Positions 41,945-51,358 of a stretch of DNA of 64,000 nt are shown here, piece after piece. The first letter of the stretch is position 1, and each line of letters begins with the position of its first letter. The translations under genes and the position numbers were made by a program. Under the pieces are notes generated by a model, which worked only from the letters and a program-made list of their open reading frames with translations, was not told where the DNA came from and searched no databases. Source of the stretch: Paramoeba atlantica (taxonomy: Eukaryota > Protista > Discosea); contig CDRNVI010000045.1 of assembly GCA_977017575.1 (NCBI GenBank), positions 1 through 64,000 on the forward strand, read 5' to 3'.

Positions 41945-43943
41945 ACGCTCTCTTTTCCATAAGTTCGTCTACGGTACACGTTTCTACGACGATGTCGTGT
42001 GCTGCACTTTTCCCATTGAGCGCTTTGGACAGGGCGGCTTCAGCCCCCTGGGGGGAAGGGATACGACTACGCACAAGTTGGCTTACGCATGCTGCATGCA
42101 CATCCGGGAAATATCTCCATTTGTTGTCGTTGACGAGGCGGAGTTTGACAGGTTTTGACCGGGACTGGATAAAGTGGAAACGTTGCTTGTGTCGGTTATG
42201 GGTTACGGGATGCGTGGGGTCCTGGGGCGGCGGGAGATACTGTGACGGGCTGTCGGGAGTTTGTGTGGGAATCTGGGGACCCTCGGATTCATCCGAATGT
42301 AAATGGGTGTCCAGTTGTGATGGGGGTAAGAGGCTTCCTTGTTCAAGCGGCGGGCTTTGTATTCGCCCTACGCTGTGCGCTTGTTGGAAAACCCAGGATG
42401 GGACTTCGTCATCGCCATTCTCATTCCGCGGACTGTGTTGGTGTGCTGGGGAAGATGAGTCCAAGAGAATGATACTTTCCCGTGCCTTGTTTTTGGGAGT
42501 CCGGATGGCTGGTTCCCTGGCAATGGCACGGTCAGCTGTCGTAGTGGTTGTGTTTAGGGACGGTGTGACGAGATTCTTGGGAAGGGTACATGGGCCGGTG
42601 GGTAGAGTATCCTGCCCATCCAGTTTGCTTATCGGTGTGTCAAGCGAAGTCAACGGTGTGCCAGTGCGTTTGCAGCAAGGATGGCCGCACCCTGCTTTGT
42701 TCTTACATTTATGCTTACAGGGCTCGACACGGTCTGCTTGTTCGGAGGCGGGGCCTAGGCCTTGCTTGCAGCACACGTGCTTACATTGATCTTTACTCTT
42801 GCAGATATGCTTGCATACTCTAGTTAAGGCGTGGACCTGAAGTTGTGTTGGAGATTTAGGTTTGGGGAGGCTTTGGGAGTCCGGAGTTTGACATGGAACG
42901 CCGTTGAAAAGTAGGAATTTGGCAAGCGAGCAGGCAGTTGATGCGACGGCACGACCGACGGTAACAGTGGGTGATTTTTGATGGGGAGTAACCTCCTTGG
43001 GTGGGGGTACATGTAAATCGTGTTCGTCTTTTGGACAGGGTGCTATTGTGTACGACAAGCGTTCCTGTCCGGTGCTGCTGTGAGGTCGTACGGTTACCGC
43101 CGGGGTTGAGGGAGTGCCGTTAGCGTACGGTTGAGTGCGGCTTGAAAACAGATATCGTGTTGCAGCTCGCGCTGCCATGCCAAGTAGGTTGCTTGATTTC
43201 GGTACTTTCACATCCTGTGTTACGTGGTCACGGGTGCATGGCGGTGACGTTTCGTCCCTTTGTCGCGTACTTGGAGCTTCTTTGGGCCCGGATTCTTGGC
43301 CGCTCGCCGTAGTGCTCGTGAGTTCGTATGTTGTTGGTGTAAGATTACGTTTGCAACATGGGTGCCCGCAGGTCTGTTTGTTTTTACAGACATGCTTACA
43401 GGGTGTGCTACGTTGTACCGGCATTACACTCACAGCCGTGATCACCTTTACGTCTTCTCTTGCATCCACCGGTGCGTCACTTCTCTTATTGTTGTACGTA
43501 TCCGGTTTTGCTACGCGTACCAGGTGTCGTTTGCAGCATGGGTGTTCACAGTGAGCTTTGTCCTTGCAGCGGTGTTTGCATTCCGGAACCGTTTGTTGTG
43601 TGGTGGGGGGGACGGGGTGAGGGGGAAGTTCGTTTGTGTGAGGAGTGACCAGGATATGTGGCCGCGTTACACCCCGCTTGCAACAGGGGTGTCCGCAGGT
43701 GCTTTTGTCCTTACAAGGATGTTTGCATGGAGCTGGGGGTGCTTCTCCTGTGTCGCTGGTAAGGGACTCATTGCTCTTTTGGGATATGAGAGCCTGGACG
43801 GTTCGGGTAGCAGATTTTGCAACCCTGTCTGTGGGAGTGCCTTTCAGGGACAGGTTTTTGTTTTGGTTAGACACGTCGCGTGGTCTCTTAGGAGAGTCCT
43901 GCGACGCCTGGTGTGTGCCCTTCACTAGTAGTAAGCAAAACAT
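41925..43943 (-). CDS. Element B N-terminal part with 5 CxHxCxxKxxCxHxCCK fingers
   Basis: Ends ...EKRACDFFRS*; the homologous domain continues without a break in A (ACDYIKVTR), so there is one extra T in the T6 run near 41935. Confidence 0.8.
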   Translation of the reverse strand: MFCLLLVKGTHQASQDSPKRPRDVSNQNKNLSLKGTPTDRVAKSATRTVQALISQKSNESLTSDTGEAPPAPCKHPCKDKSTCGHPCCKRGVTRPHILVTPHTNELPPHPVPPTTQQTVPECKHRCKDKAHCEHPCCKRHLVRVAKPDTYNNKRSDAPVDAREDVKVITAVSVMPVQRSTPCKHVCKNKQTCGHPCCKRNLTPTTYELTSTTASGQESGPKEAPSTRQRDETSPPCTRDHVTQDVKVPKSSNLLGMAARAATRYLFSSRTQPYANGTPSTPAVTVRPHSSTGQERLSYTIAPCPKDEHDLHVPPPKEVTPHQKSPTVTVGRAVASTACSLAKFLLFNGVPCQTPDSQSLPKPKSPTQLQVHALTRVCKHICKSKDQCKHVCCKQGLGPASEQADRVEPCKHKCKNKAGCGHPCCKRTGTPLTSLDTPISKLDGQDTLPTGPCTLPKNLVTPSLNTTTTTADRAIAREPAIRTPKNKARESIILLDSSSPAHQHSPRNENGDDEVPSWVFQQAHSVGRIQSPPLEQGSLLPPSQLDTHLHSDESEGPQIPTQTPDSPSQYLPPPQDPTHPVTHNRHKQRFHFIQSRSKPVKLRLVNDNKWRYFPDVHAACVSQLVRSRIPSPQGAEAALSKALNGKSAAHDIVVETCTVDELMEKRACDFFRS

Positions 43944-43981
43944 GTCGTTGTAAAGGGTAGGGAAAAGAAAAAGTCAACAAG

Positions 43982-43999
43982 CAACAAGGTACAGAAACT
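43982..43999 (-). other. Spliced-leader exon 3' fragment at the 5' end of B
   Basis: AGTTTCTGTACCTTGTTG followed by a second CTTGTTG. Confidence 0.7.
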
Positions 44000-44033
44000 C
44001 AATATTTGGAGGTAATGTGTCAAGGGAATATTT

Positions 44034-44774
44034 GCAGAAGCTCAATATTTGGAGGTAATGTGTCAAGGGCCAAACTTCCCGAGAGTAAGTTGTTGCGCAT
44101 ATTAAGGCGATGCAAATAAGGTGAAATCAATGATAAACTTAAGTCACCTTCAAAGAAGTTACAGCCCAAATCTAGATCGGTAAGTGAACGTGGCAAACTA
44201 TCCAAAAGTATGTTGCCTTTGAAAGAGTTTCCATGGAGATTCAATTTCTCTAGACTTTGAGGTAAATTACCAAATTGCAAATTCCCACTGAGTGAGTTAC
44301 ATGATAGCTGTAGCAGTTCCATTTTTTCAGGTAGTGTTGATAAATCAAGCGGCCCAGTATGTGCATGACGAGACATAGCTAAAAATTCCAACGAGGCGGC
44401 AAACAAAGCTGTTGGAATAGTCCCATGCAAGTTCCTCTTCCGTCCTAAAGGAACGTTAGCTGCAAAATAAGAGAGTCGAACGGGCATGACATGCCAAGTA
44501 AGGTTTCCTTTTAGGACAATGTCGTCAAAGAGAAGAGAAAAAATACGCATGCGTTCATCACAATTACCTCCTTTCCATTGACACACGTGGAGGAATTACG
44601 CCAATAAGCGGGTCGATAGGTAATATGGGCTACGAAACGCCTCATGCGAGTATCATCATCTTCCGTAAGTGCACTTACTTTGCTGCCAAACTTTCTTCTT
44701 TTTAGCGGGGGCTCGCATGCGAGAAAGAAAAATGCGTCAGCATGGAAGTCAATCACGAAAACAAGAGCGACGCC
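44034..44774 (-). pseudogene. LRR gene copy X, 5' piece (start codon lost, frameshifted)
   Basis: IDFHADAFFFLACEPPLKRRKF..., CQWKGGNCDERMRIF...LPPNIELL, near-identical to 51359-52531; homology stops at cgacgcc (44774). Confidence 0.9.
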
Positions 44775-45830
44775 CTAAAGGTGCATTTCCTAAAGAAATT
44801 CAAGCAACGCCCTAAAGGTGCATGGAGTATGATCAAAGGCGTGATTGGTAACGAAAAGACTACGCTACGAGTCGAAGTCCGATCAGAGCATTTCTCAAAA
44901 ATTTACAGCAAGCCAGATACGAGTGTGGAAGGACTTTTCGAAAAAGTGGTGGGTATCAACATATCCGACGAACCTTTTACATTACAAGAACTAGTTGCTG
45001 CGCTATCCAAAATGGCTCGAGGAAAAGCGACTTGCTCCGACGAGATTCCTTTGGAGGTGCTCTGCTATGGCGAAACATGAAGTCCTATGTACGGTCTTGC
45101 TGCAACTCGTAAGTGAAGTTATTATTCCGGGAAAGTGCCGGTGTCTTGGCGTCATATTCTTCATGTACCAATACCCAAGAAAGGGGTCTAACAATACTGA
45201 AAAACTGGCGAGGAATCTGCTTAACAAATCATATATTGAAGCTGGTAAATAAATTGGTCTTAGAGCGTATTCAACCGAGCACAGAACCAAATTTAAGAGG
45301 CAACCAATTCGGTTTTAGACCCCTGAGCTCTACTGTTGCTGCTCAAGCAATTCTTACGGAAGTCATAGAGAAGGCATTGGGCGGCTCTGAAAATATCTTT
45401 CTAGGCTTTATCGACTTTCAAAGCGCTTTTCCTTCTCAGTATTAGGGAAGCCTTGAAAGCATTTTCCGTTCCGCCAATGCTCACTAGAATAATTTTAGCG
45501 ACCTATGAATCGCCTACAGGATACGTGCGCACGGATTTCGGGAATACAAAGAGTTTCGAAATTTCTTCTGGAGTTCTGCAAGGCGACGTGCTTGCACCTT
45601 TTCTTTTCATCATGTGCCTTGACAGAATTTTGGATAGAGCTCTGCAAAGCCCAGATTTTGGGTTGACTCTTTTTTCTACTGGAACGAAAAGCCGTGGAAT
45701 ATCAAAACTTCGTATTACAGACATTGATTATGCCGATGATGTTGTGTTCTTTGCATCCAGTCGCGAAACACCGCAAATATATGATGTGGGCTCTTGTAGA
45801 GGTGGCAAAACACGCAGGTTTGAAACGTAA
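44775..45830 (+). pseudogene. Decayed LINE-type reverse transcriptase from a different family than A, B or CRE
   Basis: PFTLQEL..ALSKMARGKA...D.IP, NWRGICL, NQFGFR, FIDFQSAF, GVLQGDVLAPFLF, DYADDV, spread over three frames. Confidence 0.85.
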
Positions 45831-46642
45831 ATGTAGGTCCTTCTAAAACGGCGGTTTGTATTTTTTTAGCCACCCTCAAAAGATAGAGCGGTTTTTTTTT
45901 GAGATATCTTTAGATGGGCCCGAAAAGCACCCTGAAGATGAGCCCCTAAGGGGAACTTCATACCGTATTTCGGGTCGGGCACCGCTCATCTGCGGCTTGC
46001 AACTAGCCCATGATAACTGGGCTAGGGTCAGAATTCGGAGAGATACGAGCTCGTTGAAGCTGAGGTTTAGTCCTTTAAAGCTGAGGAGCCAAGTCCGCTC
46101 GAGGGTATAACACCCTAGAAGACTTGGTCCGTTGAAGCTGAGGAGTCCAAACCGTTGAAGCTGAGACTCGAGACTCCCGAACTATGCCAGCAAGCCGTTA
46201 GAGCTAATCTCTCCTTCGGGAGACGTGGGGCGTTCGGGACGAACTGGTGCAACACCCAGTTCGCCCCGAATATCGGGAGCTCAGCACCCCGGGGAAGGAT
46301 GTCCTTGGAACAGCGGAATAACGTATGTAGTCGCATCATTGCGACTACGTATGATATCCGAACTCGCAAGAGATCGGATGGTTCAGCGGCCTAAGTACAC
46401 CTTCCCCCAAGCTACCTCGGCTTTCTCCGGGGAGGCTACATCTCAAGTAGGGATAAAAGCCTGCGTTTCTATCTATCTATCTCTATTCGCAAAAAAGCTG
46501 AAAAAATGATAAATCGTTCACTTTTTTGGATAATTTTGGGGCGAAAATTACGTAACAATTTCCCATGACGCCATATCAGCTTCAATGGGGGCAACGATGG
46601 CACCAGTAGTATTCAAATTTCGAGATCTGTCATCGAAGGAAT

Positions 46643-46832
46643 TACTGCCCGCACTCCCCCGAAGCGCACCCGGCCAGAACCCACCTGTTTAAGCGCACAT
46701 AATGTTGAGGCGGACATCGAGTTGGCTCATAGAGAGACACGACAACCGAATCGTTTTTTACTAGTGATTCAAAATCCTGTTTAAGCACACTTTTCACGAA
46801 ACCAGGTGCGCTTAAACGGATGGGGGACAGTA
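46643..46832. mobile_element. MITE family 1 copy, followed by a Tc1 TIR remnant (to about 46893)
   Basis: TA|CTGCCC..GAAGCGCACC ... GGTGCGCTTAAACGGATGGGGGACAG|TA. Confidence 0.7.
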
Positions 46833-47038
46833 GTTCAAAACCTCGCGCGATACAAATTACTAGACCCCCCACCTTTTTCATGAATCCCCTGTATAAGGGG
46901 TGACATCGCTCTGACAACTCGAACAAACTACACTACAACCTGAAGGGGGTCTGAATGAGCACCACATTACGACGTACAGTACGTCCACCCTTTCTTATTC
47001 TCCTCAACAATCCCTCCCCATCCGATGTTTCAGCACCA

Positions 47039-48034
47039 TCAAAACCCCATCCCCCATGCATTCTTCCGCTTCCCAAAACAATGCCCCGGAATCGCACCCT
47101 CCCGCTCCGGAATCCCACTCCACCACGAATCACTCGCCACCGTACGATTCACCTCACATCGCATCGGGGCCGCTTTCTCCCCCGCCGCACGAACCGGCAC
47201 CGGCACCGGATCCCAATGCCCCGTTTCAAACACCGTCTCCGGAAGTAGCCCCGTGTTCTGCAACCCCCCGCGCTGGTCTTGCGTTGTAGGGTCCGTTGTA
47301 TTTCTCCCTCCCCCCTCCACCCACCCACACAGGCACGGCCGCGTGTTCACCCCCCAGTACCTCTCCAACGGTTTCAGCAACTCCCACGCGGGGCGATTCG
47401 GTCGGTAGTAGTGAAACAGTACCGCATCTTTTCGTTCCTTCACCAACCCCCCCAGACTCGACCCCGGGCAGCAATGCCCGTGGGGGGTTTTAACACACAC
47501 CGCGTTGCACAGGAGGGTGAGATCGGGCGACACGAACGCATACAGCTCGAACACGGCGGCAATGCGAGCGGAGAGCCTGCCGTAGTGCATGAGGTAGTCC
47601 GTGGGGGGTAGGGGGGTGCCGGTCCAGTGCGGGGGGCCCCACTCGTTGGGGTTAGGCCCCAGCAGGGTTCGAACCTCGGGAAGGAGATACACCATCCCGG
47701 GGAGAAGGTGCTGTATGGTTTTAGGGTTCATAGGGCTATTGGGATTGTTACTATGACTATTATTATTATTGGTATTATTACTAGTATCATCATTATTTAC
47801 ATTCCCCTGTGGCTCCTCGAACTCCGGATGAAAGTCTTGGAGAAGTAACGGCACGGTGACGCGTCGAGCGAGATCGAGGAGCTGGAAGTAACTGCCAGCG
47901 GCATGTTGGTGGATGTCGGGGGATCGCGGAGGGAGACATTTCCAGGGGAGGCGGTGGTGCTCGATTTGGTACGGGTAGCGTGCGGTGGTGCGGAGGGTGC
48001 GGTTGAGGAGGGTGGTGGTGGCGGAGAGCGGCAT
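47039..48034 (-). CDS. Hypothetical protein, probably mitochondrion-targeted, with a poly-Asn insert
   Basis: 331-aa ORF with host-gene-like composition and an Arg/Thr-rich N-terminus (MPLSATTTLLNRTLRTTAR); no family recognised. Confidence 0.6.
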   Translation of the reverse strand: MPLSATTTLLNRTLRTTARYPYQIEHHRLPWKCLPPRSPDIHQHAAGSYFQLLDLARRVTVPLLLQDFHPEFEEPQGNVNNDDTSNNTNNNNSHSNNPNSPMNPKTIQHLLPGMVYLLPEVRTLLGPNPNEWGPPHWTGTPLPPTDYLMHYGRLSARIAAVFELYAFVSPDLTLLCNAVCVKTPHGHCCPGSSLGGLVKERKDAVLFHYYRPNRPAWELLKPLERYWGVNTRPCLCGWVEGGGRNTTDPTTQDQRGGLQNTGLLPETVFETGHWDPVPVPVRAAGEKAAPMRCEVNRTVASDSWWSGIPEREGAIPGHCFGKRKNAWGMGF

Positions 48035-48196
48035 GGGGGAAAGAGGAAAGGATAAGGGGGGGGGTTAATTTGAAATGAGTTAGTAAAAGAAATTGTATTT
48101 ATGTGATGGAAAAATATTTTTAATGTCTGTAATTTACAATGGAAAATCGAAAGAAGACTCTTAAGTAGGGGTCAGCATTTTTTCATAAAGAGAAAC

Positions 48197-48925
48197 GTGC
48201 CTTTCGCGAAAGTCTATGACATCCGAATGATCGAAATGCGAGTATCTAATCAACACCCTTACTTGGCGCATGGCTTGGAAGAGACCGAGTTGCTGCTTCT
48301 GAATGACGCCACGATCGAGATATTGCAGAAGTATTACTTGCGCGGATTGGTTGTTGAATCGTCGTCAGCAGCTTTTAAGCGTATCAGAAACGTGCTCACT
48401 TTGTGAAGTGCCAATCGATGAGACTATCCTGCTTGAGGCACTGGTTATGATGGCAAAGGCCAGTGACACGGGACTCATGTTCTCCAAAGATGCCCTGAAA
48501 TCTGAACTTTGTGGCGTTAATGCGTAAGAAATGGACAATTTTTGGCGATGGAACAGTCCGGAGGGCAAGTGGAAACTTGTTATACAAGATTCGCCTGTGG
48601 AATCGTTGGCTAAGGAAATGAGTGACTTCCTTGGGTATGAGATGGAGATACTCCTTGGTGGAAAGTATGAACATTCTCCTCACTCCTTAGAAGCCATGGC
48701 AGAATGGTTCGCACTACGTGGCGAAGTTTGCGTGGGGACACGGTGGAAGCAAACAAAAAACGCCGCAAACGTCAGCGAGACCTGAAACAAGTCGTTTGGG
48801 GAACGCAAGTGAAGGCAAAAAAAGGTGCTGATGAAATTGTCGCTCTACACCAGCAAGTGCATGTTCTTGAAAGCACAGTTAAGAAGTTAGAGAATGATCA
48901 TCAGAGGATGTATGAAAAGGTGTGA
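48197..48925 (+). pseudogene. Possible decayed gene of unknown family
   Basis: Four overlapping short ORFs with protein-like composition on the counter strand; no recognised motif. Confidence 0.3.
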
Positions 48926-50024
48926 ATTTTGGGATGCCATGTCATGCTTTGGAGAGTTTGAAGTTCCATGAAGGTATACTCAAGATGGATTACGTCCGAC
49001 ATAGAAAGGCAGTTTTCGCAGTCATAAGAAGTGTCCTCTATGTAAAGCTTTATAACGTATAGTAAGTATTGTAGCTATTAGAAATACTCGTCTTTTTTGG
49101 CCTCTTGACCTCTGAATCAGACTGATCTATCAGACTGATAGATACAATGTATTTCCAGTGTAATTCACCATTATTGAAAATCAAGTAATCCATTATGTCT
49201 TAAAATTGAAATCATTTTGTCATATAGTGTGTACACAGTGTCCCGTATATATAGTGTGTACACAGTGGTCTCTTACTATGTCGGTATTCAAATTTAACAT
49301 ATTCTGTATATCCTATTGCATATTATATTTTTGGGCCCTATAAAAAACTAACTGTACTAACTTACGATTGAGCAATCTCCTGGTTAGCATTGCGGCCAAA
49401 AACAAAATTCAGTAGGTAATCAAATATTTCTTCTGAAAATATATACGGTAATATTCAAGTTTTTTGAAAAGGATTTTCTATATACAAGGATTTTCTATAT
49501 TCTGTATGTTAATGTTGAATTACTGTCGCCGGCTTACATATTTCCTGCACTATATTGAAAAAAATTAACTTGACAAAAAAAATAGAAACAACCAAATGTA
49601 TTAAACATTTGTAGTTAAACATTTGTAAATGTATTAGACATTGTGTAATCATGCGTGTTAGATTACCGTCTTGTATTCATCACATAAAAAAGAACAAAAA
49701 GTTTTCAGAAAAATTACAAAAAATTGAAAAAGGAGATTTTTTTTTCCACTGGCCCACCGGAAGTCTACACCCCCCAAACAATACAATATTTTTAGCAATC
49801 GTTTCGTCTATTGTATTTTGAGAGTTTGGGACCTATACGAGCTTTCTATACCGTCGTTTTCACAAGATACGCCTTCTTGGAGTTGTAGAATGTCTCCTAA
49901 AATGACACACCAAAAAAAAGGTGTCCACGCAAAACCTGGCAAAACCCGACAAAATTTGACAGGTTTCAACCCTCTAAATAGATCATTAGAAATTCTTTCC
50001 ATGTACCATTATTCCAATTTGTCC

Positions 50025-50660
50025 TTAAAATTTATAATTAATAAATGAGGGAATTTCAGTTATTGCATAGAGCTTATTTCCTGATAACACAGCGTCTTTT
50101 AATGACGCTGGCAGTTTTGAAAGGTCTACAGGGCCTTCGAATTCATTACCATATAAGTCTAGCGACACCAGCGTTGCAGGCAAACTAGTCAGATCGAGCG
50201 TTCCACAAAATCGGTTGTTGGTAAGAGACAATCTTCTTAACCCAGGAGGTAAGATTGTAAGATCAACGAAGCCGAATAGATCGCAGGAAAGCAGTAAAAA
50301 TCTGGTGAGTGCTATAGGAAGGTATGCAATGGGTAACGTACCTGTGACACCTTCCTGATCCGACATAACAAAGTGATCTGTTGTACGCGGCATATGGCTC
50401 CAAGCCAGCGTCCCGAAATATTTATACTCAGTATCGAAAAGATCGGTCGCTCCTAAATCAATATAGTTCACACGCTTTTCTTCATCGCAGTATACGCTAT
50501 GCCATTCACAAAGTGTAGTGGTGGGTCTCCATGAAGGATGAGGGTTCGAAATGTTGGCTAGGAACCGAGCCATTTCATATTCTTGCGGGAGGAACGTGCC
50601 TTTGACTTTGGAAGGACGAGAGATATCTGCACCGCTGAAGCTAAAGAGACTCGTTGACAT
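50025..50660 (-). CDS. LRR protein of the expanded family
   Basis: SKVKGTFLPQEY...TLCEWHSVYC...LPPGLRRLSLTNNRFCGTLDLTSLPATL. Confidence 0.8.
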   Translation of the reverse strand: MSTSLFSFSGADISRPSKVKGTFLPQEYEMARFLANISNPHPSWRPTTTLCEWHSVYCDEEKRVNYIDLGATDLFDTEYKYFGTLAWSHMPRTTDHFVMSDQEGVTGTLPIAYLPIALTRFLLLSCDLFGFVDLTILPPGLRRLSLTNNRFCGTLDLTSLPATLVSLDLYGNEFEGPVDLSKLPASLKDAVLSGNKLYAITEIPSFINYKF

Positions 50661-51358
50661 TCTTATTTAAACAATGGACCAAACGAACGGAATTTTCGGT
50701 ACAAAGAATTCCGGATTCGTTAGTTCGTGTTGAAACTATCAATATGCACATAATAGCCACCAAAAATTATAGATATCCTTTATTTCCGGCTTTTTAAAAA
50801 TATTTTAAAAAAATTGGAAAATGGGCTCCCGTTTTAAAATACTTAGTCCCGAGCGAAGTAATCTGGGTCTCTATCCGATGAGGATGTTTTCCTTTCTTCG
50901 CCCCACTGTGCTGATGAATAGTGTTGAGGTAATTTAGATTTGTTCCCATTCTAACATTATTATAATAAAGCAAGTCAAAATATTTTAGTACCTACAGCTT
51001 TTACCTACAGGTATACAGATTGTGTACCAGGTATACAGATGTACCTAATGACACTAGATCGTGGCTTGATCGTGCAACTAGATATGTAAATCATGCAACT
51101 ACTGTTTGTATACATACGATAAACGAAAATATGTAGTGCCTACCTCTACACAAAATCCAGTGTGGACCACGCAGCAAAAAAGCGAATCCCGGTGTAGAAT
51201 GAAGAAGATTTAGAATGAAGAAGATGTGTAAGTGATTGAGCAAATACAAGCCCTAATTGAATAACATGTGAGCAAGAGTAACATCTAAGCAAGAAATAAA
51301 CAAAAAACAAGAGTGCGCAAGAAAAAGAGCATGAATAGGGGGAGAGTGTACGATGTTC

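Larger units (their letters stand above)
38406..43997 (-). mobile_element. Element B: SL-capped HERO/NeSL-like RLE non-LTR retrotransposon (5.6 kb)
   Basis: 5' AGTTTCTGTACCTTGTTG; RT+REL coding; LRR flanks rejoin with a 3-nt deletion relative to 51757-51775; 29-bp target duplication at the 5' junction. Confidence 0.9.

Noticed and set aside
41925-41950. Programmed ribosomal frameshift at TTTTTTA
   Set aside because: The shift needed is +1, the run is not in the X XXY YYZ phase for -1, and element A is continuous at this point.
46040-46170. Repeated gttgaagctgag units as a CRISPR-like or functional array
   Set aside because: There are only 3-4 short, irregularly spaced units in decayed sequence, in a eukaryotic context with no cas genes.
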